Position numbers and translations under genes: made by a program
In this document: piece after piece, positions 1 through 12,114 of the stretch
How positions within the stretch are numbered: the first letter of the stretch is position 1
How the letters are laid out: the number at the start of each line of letters is the position of its first letter
NCBI RefSeq assembly: GCF_036321535.1
Contig: NC_087436.1
Coordinates: 27,902,001-27,966,000 of the forward strand
Source of the DNA: Camelus dromedarius
Lineage: Eukaryota
Length of the DNA stretch: 64,000 bases
Reading direction: 5' to 3'
Notes under the pieces: model-generated
Told to the model about the DNA's origin: nothing
The model's database searches: none
Seen by the model: only the letters and a program-made list of their open reading frames with translations

Positions 1-479
1 TTTCTGTTAGAAGGGCCACCCTAGAAAGCTGTAATTACTACTCATATTTTTTACGTAAAGGGAAAGTTAGCAAATGGCTTAAATAAATGAAGCCCTATAT
101 ATCAAATGTAATAAATATTTGGGCTGCTGTTTTCCTTAGTGGAATTTAAATCAAAATGAGAATAGCTTAAACAAATGCAAAGAAAATGATTTAATTTGAT
201 AGGATATTTTATATCTTGCCATTAAATAAAAAAATATTTTCTTGTTTTCATATCATATAGTTTTCAAGAAAAAAATGAATAAAACACTAAAAACATATTA
301 TTTAACATTAAAATGAACACTCCCAATATGATTCCTGAGATGCAAACATGTATTTGCTTCTTGAAAATATGAAAATAATACTATGTATGTTGATTACTGA
401 AAATTGACAAGATCTTTAAATATTATTCATAAATTCAGCTCACAGACATAAGCACTCAAAATAATTACAGTATTTCTTA

Positions 480-720
480 TCAAGGATGTTATTAAATATT
501 TTTACACTGTATATTCATGACTAGTTATTTCTATCATATGGATGACCTAGGATTTATAACTATTTTGGATGCTTTGTTGCCAATGTTTTAGTGCCACAAA
601 TAATTCTGTTGTGAACATACATGTTTGTAAGTCTTTGATCACCCTGGGATTAATTCCTAGAAGTGGAATTGAAGGTCAAAAAATGAAAAAATATTGTTAA
701 ATAATCTTGCAGGAAAAAGG
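480..720 (-). mobile_element. Old LINE-1 (L1ME-like) 3' region fragment
   Basis: gtgaacatacatgtttgtaagtcttt...gggattaattcctagaagtggaattg resembles the antisense L1ME ORF2-end/3'UTR; highly diverged. Confidence 0.6.
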
Positions 721-1084
721 CTCATTTACACTCAATAATGTCCTATTAAAGGTAAAATTACCTGCTAGAAAAAGAATCATAGAAAGGATTAAATAATCAT
801 TCATGTTTATACTACCCTAAAATGTCTGTGGTATGACATATTTCTAAATGTATTTTTCTCTAGCTATCAATGTTATATATGGTTAAAATGTAGTTTACAA
901 ATGATTGTGAATCTTACCTTTTTTACTTTTTGTTGGTTTGTAAGAAGTTTGCTGTTACCAAAAGATCTTCGCATTTGTTATAATAATAGTGCATACATTA
1001 CATATGCCATATCTCTAAAGAAAGAAACAGGCCATTTGCGATTTTTCATTATTATAAACAACCATGCTCTTTTATATGTATGAA

Positions 1085-1150
1085 TTTTTTCTGTTTTTCT
1101 TAATTGAAGTATAGTTGATTTATAATATGTTAGTTTCAGGTGTACAGCTG
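1085..1150 (-). mobile_element. Very short 5'-truncated L1 3' terminus (laurasiatherian type)
   Basis: T-rich tail followed by aattgaagtatagttgatttataatatgttagtttcaggtgtacagc, matching the copy at 33635-33685. Confidence 0.75.
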
Positions 1151-1389
1151 TATGTATACATCTTTTAAAAAACACACTTTCTAATAATAAATTCTGCTGA
1201 ATGGGACACTACCTCATAACATACGAGCAATGTCACTGGATTTTCATGGTGGTGGTGGTAGTGGTGGGATTGCCAAACTGTCATACAAATTTCAATACCA
1301 ATAATACCAAATCCTTGTTCAAATTTTTAAATAATCTTTCACTAGCTTTGGAATTTATGTACATAGGAGTAAATATCCAAGACGTTGCA

Positions 1390-1550
1390 GATAGACTGGT
1401 TAAAATATTAGTTCCTATATTTTTATAGCTGATTAATATTAGAAAAATTTCTTAATTTTTTGTGTCTTGGACTCCTAATCCATAAAATGTTTAATACTCT
1501 CCACTTTATAGTGATTTTTGTGTGCATTAAATGAATTAATTTATTAAAAG
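1390..1550 (+). mobile_element. MIR SINE fragment
   Basis: degenerate MIR core (cttaattttttgtgtcttggactcctaatccataaaatg...tgtgtgcattaaatga). Confidence 0.5.
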
Positions 1551-4500
1551 AGAGCAGAACTTCACACTGGTATATTTTACTAATTATACATTGGTGCTAA
1601 TTTATTTTTAATCAATCAACATATATTCAAGATTTGGAATTTGTGATAAATCACTGAAAATCAAAACATTAGTTGGAAAAAAAAGTCCAATGTTTGCCAT
1701 TGTTATCACAGCACTAACAGTTCCCTAATCATCAAATTAGCTACTTATTTTTGCAACTTGTTGTGAATGAGTGTTTATCGTCAAGATACAATAGATAACA
1801 TTCGCTGCATTAGTGTTAATTGCCTTTGTTTTACATTAAAATTATTTAATTTCTTATCATGGAGAAATTAGAAGCATAATGTGATGAAAATAAATTTAAA
1901 ATAAATATTATATATATGCCTATATAATTACATTAAAGCATAAAAGGTGATATTTAATAACAAGATGTAAAATAAAATATTAAATTAAATATATCTTTGG
2001 ATTTGGTCAGTTTTGGTTTTGTTTTATATTCCAGAAAGGAAAACAGTATCCTGAATTCCAAATCTAATATATGCCAGAATTCAATTTTTCAGATTTGCAA
2101 AGCTAATGTCTACTTTATTATCGTCCTCTTTTCTTCCTTTGATCACTGGTGCATTACTTATTAGAATTCTCATTCACTTACATCATTCATAGTTTAGTTT
2201 GTCTAGTCTGTTTTAAGTATTATAACAAATAAATCAAAGTTTCTCTAGACATTTGGACTTAATAATTTCCATTTAATTTCAAACATATTTTAAAACAGTT
2301 TTGAGAAAGCTTGTGATGTATGTCTGTGATACTGGAAATAAACTTTACCTATGAGGATTTTATGTTTTTTCCGTTTCTCTGGGGTTTTACTAGTTAGGGA
2401 AAATGGGCAAATCAATTTTAATTCTACATTACTTTAATTTAAAACTCTTTTAGTTTCACAGAATTTTTTAAAGTAAATGAACATGCCATGGTGTTGGCTT
2501 TTGAATAATAATAATGCATGTGGTTTGATGAACTTGTCCAATGGCAAAGCTTAGGACTTTCTCTACCCTGAGGAATTTAGTTCTAGTATTACCTTTTTCA
2601 TCAATTCTCCATTAGTACTTCCTTTCAAGAGGTAATTCATCTACATATTGGATCTTTGTTGTATGTTAATAAATTAGACCCTCTTGAAGTATTTTATCTT
2701 GTTGCTTAATTTTCTGTATCCTGTAATATATTGATAGCTTAATGTCTATCTGAGTTACTTTATATTTTGTAGTATAAGTTTATTTTAATTGTAATGATTT
2801 TCTTTTATCACTATAGTTTTCAGTCTGTATTAGTAATTTTTAATTCAAACCCAATCCTTGTCTATTACAAAATATTCTTTTACTTTTAAAATCAACAATA
2901 TATTTTAACTATTATTTAAACTTTTCTGTATTATTAGAGATACTCAATTTTGAGAATTGAGGTTCTCAACTTGCCCTAGATGCTTTATTGTATTTGATAT
3001 AGAAAACCTTGTTATTATTACCTTTTAAAATATTTTATGTATTTATGATTCTTCCTTCATTTAACTTGTTTATTAATATTACACAACATGTATCTGTGTA
3101 AGATTATTTAAAAATGGTTTTATGAAATATAGGGATAGAATGTCTGCATTTCTAGTTAGCCTTCCATTCTCAAAATTCCTATATCTACAAATCTTAAAAA
3201 AAAAAAACAACTTAGTTCAATTTAGTATAAATGCATACTCATGGTAAAAATGCAAATAGTGCATTAAAATAAAAAATAAAAAGCAGGAGTTAATTTTCTT
3301 GACCAGATTCACATTTCCATTCCAGAATACTGATATATACCTATAGTTAGAATATTGAATCTGTCATGAGTTTGTTTCATGAAATCTGATTATTTCACTT
3401 ACTAGATTTTTTTCAAACTACATGTTAATTTTATAAATATCATAGTGACAATTTATTTGACCCCAGATACTTCTGAATACATCAGGCTGATGTTAAATAT
3501 GATCTCTTGTCCTAAAATTCTTGCTAAAATATGAACACCACCAACTGAATTATCTTTTTGAAGTGATTCTCAATTACTCTCAGTATTACATTAATTCTAT
3601 GTTGGACACTAGGTGATTAAAAACAAGAGCCTTTGCCTGGTCTAATGTAGAAGCCCAACACGTCTCTAAATAAAGGCAGGCCATAATGTAAGATCCCTCA
3701 AAGAATGGCACAAATATATCAATTTGTGACAGGCAGACAGGCAGACAGACGATACACTGACAAAAGTAGGGTAAGAAAATGAAGGGATCAATGCTGATAC
3801 TTTAGTGATAACAACTTTTTATTCTCCTTTAAGTGTTCTTATTTTAGAAAAGAGGCTTTAGTGGACAAATTACATCTGTAAGCTCATTCTATGTTAATTT
3901 ATTATTCTGTTTTTATAAGTGAGAAGCAAATTACTTTTCAAAACCTCTGATTTTTTTCTTAGTTTGACTACTCAGGAATTTATAATAAGCAACACTTTAC
4001 ATTAAAAAAACACTAATACACCAAGTACACGAAATATAATGGATAGTAAGATGAAGAGCAAGTAGTAGTCACTACAGCACAAAGGTGAACTTAGCCTAGA
4101 AATTCAACAGAACTATGCATTAATTGGTGTTGCATGAATGACACTCCACAGGAGAAGGCATCGCATCAGATAGATTATTTTAAGACATATATACTTACAG
4201 CAGAGGCAAAATATCTTTACAATGTAAATTTCTATTAGTTCTGTCTTGCTAATAAGTGACATGTTGGTATTATCACATATCATGAGCATTGGAAAACAGA
4301 ATTTACAAGAAAATTTCTTCCAGTTTTCAAAAACAGATGCAAAATCTTGGAATAATTTTTTTAGAGTAATGTAATTTTACCTGTAGTCCAAAATTGCCTG
4401 TTGTCAGAATATAGAATTCTAAAACTAATATTGAATTAACTTGATTTTTCTAAATTACTAGTGACCTTAACATTTTCTGAGCAATTGTAATTTGATCAAA

Positions 4501-5368
4501 GAAACCCAAAATATGCATTTACATTTGATTATAACATAATTTCTGATCAGTATCATGTGTCCCAGAATTGAATCATGGACTGAATATGTTGTCAAAAGAA
4601 TAGTATTTTACTGCTTTCACAAAGAATTATTAATGCTTTCTCTTTTTCCTCCCCAATCCTCTATTCCATGCATTTTTCCCTGGGATAAGACAGAGACAGC
4701 ACATCTGTCTGATGTCAGGGTGTTGTTTATGTTTTTATTTCATAAAATATTTCCAAAAATGATAAATTTGGGGTGTAAACATAAATGGTTCACATACCTT
4801 ATTCAATATTTTTATAGTTTTTTATTTGGTTTATTCCCACAGGCAGAGAACACTTTCTCTTTAAAAGAAATAAATGTCAGGAACAAGGCCTCACTTATTC
4901 AACTATACGAAAGCATTTAGCAATACTTAAGATGGCAATGTCCTTGTAAGTAGAATATGAAACATTGTTTGACTATAGTATAATTAATATTGAAACAAAT
5001 AGAAAAGTTCATATATGAAGTACAGAGTGAATTTATTTTATAGTAATATGAAAGATAAACTTTACTTCATCACCACTTTTGAAACTATGTTTAAAAATAT
5101 GAATAAAATCAGATCTCTTTTAGCTGTATGTTCATCAAATAAATGTTAGGTTATTGCATGTGCTCTAATTCTCAATCACTAAATTTAACATCTTTGCATA
5201 AATAATATCTTATTACTTAAAAGTTATTTATTGGATACAGAACAATGAAAAAGCTATAATTTATTATAAAGTATTTTACTATAATAACATGTTAAACACA
5301 TGATATAGACTCAGGGATTGGCACTGGGAGAGTTAAGCATTAATAAAACACAATATCTTCTTAAATAT

Positions 5369-5793
5369 TGTTGGAGGTGATAATCACGAGGACATAACCA
5401 TTAGTTGACCCTTGAGGTGGATCTGGCAATGGGAGGGGTCAACCCTCATCCTCTCCCTATCCTTGGAATCTGCACTCTGTCTACGATTCCCACACTGTGA
5501 CCTGTTCCAAGTTCACAGCTTTGAGAAAGTAAGCTGTTGACACCATTTGGACTGTGTACATCACTGAACTCAATTAAAGCTTCTATATAAACTTTAAAGA
5601 TTCTGGCACATGGCTGCAGAGATCCACTGGTCTTGTGGTCGCCCAACAGAAGCCTCGTAAGTCTCCTTGCTTATTCAACCTGCCACCAGCACTCAAGAGT
5701 GGTCTGCCTCTTTCTTGTGTCTCTCCTCACTCTCCATGTACAGGGGCCAATTTCAGATATTACAAAGGAAGCTCCTAAGATTACTAACAAACA
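5369..5793 (+). mobile_element. Solo ERV LTR (about 425 bp)
   Basis: GC-richer block starting TG (5369) and ending CA (5793); TATA-like ctatataaa at about 5583; flanks aatat/catat (imperfect TSD). Confidence 0.65.
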
Positions 5794-7554
5794 CATATGG
5801 AAATCTTAATGAAATAATAAATCTATATTTGTACACTCACATCATGATAACATGACTATCCAAACAGAGAAGTGTTTCTGGTTGGAAGAAATCCAGAAAG
5901 TGTCCACAATTGTTATGATCTTTCAGTTGTCATTAATATATATCACTTTCAAACAGGGATAATCTGAGTAAGAATTATAATTTTTAACTTTTTACATTCC
6001 TGTTATGTGTTACATGAGATTTGCTTTCCTGGTAATATCGTTAGAGGTTATACACCAAACACACATGTTAATAGACCTTGAGACATACCATTATATTAGT
6101 GATCTTAATCAACTTAAAGGACTAATAGAACCTTGAATCAATGACTCATGAGACCCTGCAAAATTTTCTTTTGTATATTTTCCCTCCACCATCTTCCTGG
6201 GCTTACTGGTAGCCTAATCTCATCTACTCTTCCATTAGGATTCTGTTATCGCTGATTAAAGATCTTTATATTAAAGGCTTGCTTTCTGTCCTTTAGAAGA
6301 AACTCATCATTGGATTTAATAGATGTCTTCAGCAATATAGCATCTCTGCTATCACCAAACAAGTAAAACAAACAAAATAGAAAATAGGCTTCTCAGATTC
6401 TGCTTTCTCCTGAATCCCAGAATATTTTTTAGTTCCTCTCTGAGAACTTTTAATTAGCCATGTGTCTTGGCACAATTGTTCCACCATCTTGCTCCTGCCT
6501 ATAGTTCAGTCTTGCGCTCCATCCACAGGTAAATCTGGAAATTATGTTTTTGTCATATATATTCTATTATATTCTATACTATAATGTATTCTACAAAACT
6601 GAGTATACACATGTAAATAAAATCCAACTTATTTTGGTAATTAAAATTGTTAATTATGTCAGTTATAAACTATTGCTTATTAATAGTTTTTTAAACTATA
6701 AAAATTAGTCATATTTTATATAAACACAACAGATTTAAAATTGAGTGTCAAGGAATTCCAAGTGTATATATACGAGATTATAAAGTCCCTGAAGACAAAA
6801 GTGCAATCATTTAAAGGTATGTTACACGACTTTCAGATACTAATTTACTCAGATATAAAAAACGAAGGCTGACAGGAAAAGTAAGCATTCTATATGTCAA
6901 TATTTCAAATATATGCTTAATTTAAAAAAAGATATCTGTGTGTATGTGTGTGTCACAATTTTATAAGACTTAAGTAGTTTACTGAAATATGTTATATGGA
7001 AAAGATAAGAGAATTAAAAGGAGAATCATTGTTCATCCTATTCTCATGCTGTTGCCTTTGTGACACAAACATATGACTAAATATATGTAATTCTAATATT
7101 TTACATTTTTAAATAAAACATTTAGAAATATTCACACTTTGTATTTTAGCCTACTAATCAGAATAGAATATTTTAAAAGTACATCTTATTAAAAGACAAA
7201 CGTATTTCCTCACTTCTTACCTCCAATATTTGCATTGATTATGTAGACCTATTTTTTCACTTGAGTTAAAATTCAAAAATAACTAAAAATAATATTGAGA
7301 AAGACACAGAAACTATATATAAAGGAGGGATATCTTTGACACCGATGATGTTTCTGTAGATATTTTAGTGACAAAGACCAGAAAAGTTTTTGCATTAGAA
7401 ATTGAACAAAACCAGTTCAAAACAGGAAGAACAGAGTTATTTTCAATATCTCTTATGCTTTATATAGTTTCAGTAACAAATTAAATTGGAAAATCACCAT
7501 AAGAGTAATCTGCAGTGACTAGTAGTAGCACAGAGATGTTACTTAACAATTCTG

Positions 7555-9345
7555 AGAAAATAAAATTTTATTTTATTTTATTTTTTAATTTTCTTTTTTT
7601 TTTAACATTTTTTATTGATTTATAATCATTTTACAATGTTGTGTCAAATTCCAGTATTCAGCACAATTTTTCAGTCGTTCATGGACATATACACACTCAT
7701 TGTCACATTTTTTTTCTCTGTGAGTTATCATAACATTTTGTGTATATTTCCCTGTGCTATGCAGTGTAATCTTGTTTTATCTATTCTACAATTTTGAAAT
7801 CCCAGTCTTTCCCTTCCCACCCTCCACCCCCCCTGGTAACCACAAGTCTGTATTCTCTGTCTGTGAGTCTATTTCTGTCCTGTATTTACGCTTTGTTTTT
7901 GTTTGTTTGTTTGTTTTTGTTTTTGTTTTTTAGATTCCACATATGAGCGATCTCATATGGTATTTTTCTTTCTCTTTCTGGCTTACTTCACTTAGAATGA
8001 CATTCTCCAGGAGCATCCATGTTGCTGCAAATGGCATTATGTTGTCGGTTTTTATGGCTGAGTAGTATTCCATTGTATAAATATACCACATCTTTGATAT
8101 TGATGGGAATACAATCATAGTTGGAGATTTTAACACTGCATTAACATCACTAGACAGATCTTCCAGACAGAAAATAAACAAGGCAACAGAGAAATTAAAT
8201 TCTACAATAGAAAACTAGATTTGGTGGATATTTTCAGAGCATTACACCCCCCAAAAATAGGATATACATTCTTTTCAAGTGCACATGGAACATTTTCCAG
8301 GATCGATCATGTACTTGGGCACAAAAGAAACCTCAACAATTTTAAGAAGATAGAAATTATCTCAAGCATCTTTACTGACCACAATGCCATGAAACTGGAA
8401 ATCAACAATGGAGAAACAAAGGAGAAAAAAAGGAAAACATGGAGATTAAACAATATGTTATTGAAAAAACAATGGATCAATGAGGAAATCAAAGCTGAAA
8501 TTAAAAAATACCTTGAGACAAATGATAATGAAAGCACAACCACTCAAAACCTATGGGACACAGCAAAGGCAGTGCTAAGAGGGAAGTTTATAGCGATACA
8601 GGCCTTCCTCAAAAAAGAACAATCTCAAATAAACAAGTTAACCCACCACATGAACGAATTAGAAAAAGAAGAACAAAAAGCCCCAAAAAGCAGCAGAAGG
8701 AAGGAAATAATAAAAATCAGAGAGGAATTAAATACAATAGAGATTAACAAGACCATAGAAAAAGTCAACCAAACCAAAAGCTGGTTTTTTGAAAAAGTAA
8801 ATAAAATCGACAAACCTCTGGCCAAACTCACAAAGAAGAAAAAAGAGAGAGCACAAATTAGCAAAATAAGAAAGGAAAATGGAGAAATTACAACAAACAA
8901 AATAGAAATACAGAACATCATACTAGAATATTATGAAATACTATATGGAACCAAACTGGATAACTTAGAGGAGATGGACAAGTTTCTGGAAACATACTGT
9001 CCACCAAAACTGAATCAAGAAGAAACTGAACACTTGAACAATCCGATCACTAGAAAAGAAATAGAAATAGCAATTAAAAACCTCCCTACAAATAAAAGTC
9101 CAGGACTGGATGGCTTCACTGGGGAATTCTACCAAACATACAAAGAAGAACTCATACCAGTCCTTCTCAAACTCTTCCAGACGATTGAAAAGGAGGGAAT
9201 ACTCCCAAACTCATTCTATGAAGCCACCATCACCCTGATACCAAAACCAGGCAAAGACACTACAAAATAAGAGAATTATAGGCCAATATCACTGATGAAC
9301 ATAGACACCAAAATCCTCACCAAAATTTTAGAAAATGAAATTTTA
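7555..9345 (-). mobile_element. Young 5'-inverted, internally deleted LINE-1 insertion (camelid L1-type)
   Basis: T-rich tail 7571-7603; minus-strand 3'UTR and ORF2 C-terminus (KMWYIYTMEYYSAIK...SLICGI*) up to about 8095; plus-strand ORF2 segment 8096-9330; TSD agaaaataaaatttta (7555-7570) / agaaaatgaaatttta (9330-9345). Confidence 0.95.
8096..9330 (+). pseudogene. L1 ORF2 fragment (endonuclease C-terminal half to start of RT), disrupted
   Basis: EN motifs [32 protein letters not shown]-domain/RT start [35 protein letters not shown]; frameshift near 8215 and premature TAA at 9268-9270. Confidence 0.95.
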
Positions 9346-9785
9346 CAGAAATATATGGCTCTTTCCTTTCACTATTCCTTCCATCTCACATTATGTAAAA
9401 GAAGCTCAAATTCTATAACTCATACACAATGATTTAATCTTCTTAATTAGTTATGCCAAGAATTTCACTCTATAAATAGTGCTGAAAGTAATATTAGATG
9501 AAAGGACATTCCTTGATTCTTTCCAAAATGTGTTTTTCTTGCTTAACAGTGTTGATATTTTATTCTTTTGCATGAGTTTTAACAGTAGTAATAATGAAAT
9601 AAGAATTGATATTGCCTTATAAAATTAGTTAAGAAGACTATACACAGTTAAATACTGTTTAGTGTATGACTGAAAGAGCCATTGGGATTGACTTGTAAAT
9701 ATCATTGGTTTGTTTGCATGTTCACTTTCTACTGTGCTGTCTGCATAAAATATATCTGTTTTTTTCTGAGCAATATTCAATAATA

Positions 9786-9955
9786 GGGGGAGGGTATAGC
9801 TCAGTGGTAGAGTGTATGCTTAGCATGCATAAGGTCCTGGGTTCAATCCCCAGTACCTCCATCAAAAATGAATAAATAAATAAACCTAATTACCCACCCA
9901 CCCCCAAAAAAAAAACCCAAAAGAAAAAGATAAAAAAATAGATAAAATAAAAATA
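9786..9955 (+). mobile_element. tRNA-Ala-derived SINE (camelid Vic-1-type)
   Basis: ggggagggtatagctcagtggtagag...ttagcat...ggttcaatccccagtacctcc with A box (9797-9807) and B box (9840-9849), then (aata)n, cctaattaccc and an A-rich tail. Confidence 0.9.
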
Positions 9956-10799
9956 TTCAGTGGCACATGGAAAATACAGAAGAAAATGCAATGAAAAATA
10001 CAGGCAGCTAATCCTGATTACAAAAAGGTCTCATCCAATTTTGTGCTGCTACTTCAGCCATATTGTTTCATGATCCACCTAACATTCCTTGCAACTTCTC
10101 TACTTTGGGTCATGTCACTTTTGGCCTTATAATGTTTCTCTTGGAGAAGCTTGTCTCTGTTTATCTAAATCTTCCCCTACTGAAGAGATCATGTCAAACA
10201 TCACAGTTCAGGGGGGCTTCCTTTATAAAAAGTGTTTCTTAGAATCTGAAATTTTCTAACTTTTGTCCTGTATTTCTCATCATTCACTGCCATGTGGTAA
10301 TTCTCCACTGTTCAAGCAAGCCAACTAAATAGTAACTCTCATCTTATGCCCATTTCTCTACAAGTTTTACTTTTTCCATACTGTGCAGAAAAAAGGAAAA
10401 CCATCAAAATAGAACTCCCTACAGCTCTACAAATGCACCTACATCCAAACTCATTTTCCTATCCACACTTCTTATGTGTCTTCTTTAATTATTTTTTATT
10501 CTTTATAAAAGTTTAATTAACTCTATTAAATACTTTTTCCTTTTTTAATGCCACTGTATTCTCCTAAATTTCCTCTTATTTGTTCCCAAGTAATAATTTA
10601 TTATTTAGTTGTAAGTTTTAACATTGTAGACACATTAGAAAATATCAATTAAGCACAATTTAGAAAATTAAAATAAACCAAAGAAAACTAAGTATTCTGA
10701 ATATTTATCAATCTATCTTTCCAGTCCATCTTCTACACAGATAGAGTAACAGGAAAACTTAAAATTAAATTATTAGTGTACAATAAAAACTGTATATGT

Positions 10800-11174
10800 T
10801 GATTTGAAAAAAAAAGACAACAGGCCCAAAATGGAGTCACTTATTCTAAACTCCCATCAAACCAAAATTTAACTTAATTATAGTCTGGGCTTTCCTAGAA
10901 ATGGAATTTCAAGCCAGTCAATTAGGAATTCCCTGACCAGCACTAGTTAGGCATCCAGTCATCCCCGAAAGGAAAGTAATCTTTAAATAATCAACCTATA
11001 TTTTTGCCAGTATAACTTCCCTGTTTCCAATCTCCCCTGCTTATAGGTTTCTCATTCTGTACAGCTTCTGGGAGCTCCTTCCTATCTGCTAGATTGGGTG
11101 CTCCCCAACTGATACCAATTTTCACAAAAATAAATTCTTAAAATTTTCAATATGCCTCAGCTTACCTTTTAATA
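10800..11174 (+). mobile_element. Solo ERV1-class LTR
   Basis: TG start, caggcccaaaatggagtcac 5' motif, aataaa at about 11129, terminal ttttaata (decayed ...aaca); 4-bp TSD atgt at 10796-10799 and 11175-11178. Confidence 0.75.
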
Positions 11175-11199
11175 ATGTCTACATATGTTTGTATTCTAC

Positions 11200-11640
11200 C
11201 TGTCCTCATTATCCAATTCCCTGTTCCCTTTTTCTAAATTCTTCATGAATCTTTTTATTGTTTCTTCTCATTTTAGGCCCTTCATCTCCTCTCCTTTATT
11301 GGTTTCTCTCCCTGTGTTCCAAGTATTTTTCAAAATAAAGCAAAACAAATAAATGTCCTCTTCTTTTTGATTTTCTCTTACATCTCTATCATTTATCTAA
11401 TTGCTAAATTTCTTCTAAGAGCTTTCTATATGTATTGAATTCCCTCTCTCATATCTTGCTAATTCTCAGTAGACTTAAATATAATTTCTATCACCTATAT
11501 TTTCAGCAAAATGCTCTATTAAATGTCATTATTGACCTTGATATGAAAATACAATTTATTTTTTTAATCCATTTTTAGCTTTTGGTCATCTAGAACATGT
11601 CATGCTCTGGCCATTAATTTCCCCTTGAAACTACATCATT
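11200..11640 (+). mobile_element. L2 fragment(s)
   Basis: pyrimidine-rich degenerate L2 ORF2-like sequence (aaatgctctattaaatgtcattattgacctt...); continues after the MLT2 to about 12450. Confidence 0.45.
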
Positions 11641-11646
11641 ACCCAC

Positions 11647-12114
11647 AGTACTAATCAGGATTCTCCAGAGAAATACAAATAGATAAAGATCTGTTTATCT
11701 GTCTAAAGAGAGAGATTTACTTTAAATTAGTGGTTCACATGACTGTGGAGGCAGACAAATCTGAAATATGTAGTGTGAGTTGGCAGGCTAGAAATTCAGG
11801 TAAGAGTTGATGTTACAATCTTGAGTGTGAGATCCACAGGGCAGGTCAGCCAGGTTGGAAACTCAGAGGTTTCTATGTTGCAGTATTGAGGAAGAATTTC
11901 TTCTCCTGAGGTCTAAGAAAATTTATTCTTTACTCTTAAGACTTTCAAGTGATTGAACGAGGCATACCTATATTATGGAGGGATATCTGCTTTATTTAAA
12001 GTCTAATGATTACAAATCTTAATCGTTAAAAATACCTTAGAGCAACTTGTAGACTGGGTTTACCAAGCAATTGACCACCCTAGTCTAGCAAAGCTGACAC
12101 ATAAAATTAATACA
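11647..12114 (-). mobile_element. MLT2 (ERVL) solo LTR
   Basis: gtactaatcaggattctccagagaaa...aagctgacacataaaattaa is the reverse complement of the MLT2 termini (TGTGATGGTTAATTTTATGTGTCAAC). Confidence 0.85.

Noticed and set aside
8221..9270. 349-aa functional protein or domesticated endonuclease
   Set aside because: L1 ORF2 fragment bounded by a frameshift and a nonsense codon, with a TTG start, lacking the EN N-terminal half and the RT core.
9786..9861. tRNA-Ala(AGC) gene
   Set aside because: Extra 5' bases, all CpGs decayed to TG/CA, no oligo-T terminator, and the same SINE tail (cctaattaccc plus A-rich) as the copy at 30262-30414. It is a SINE.
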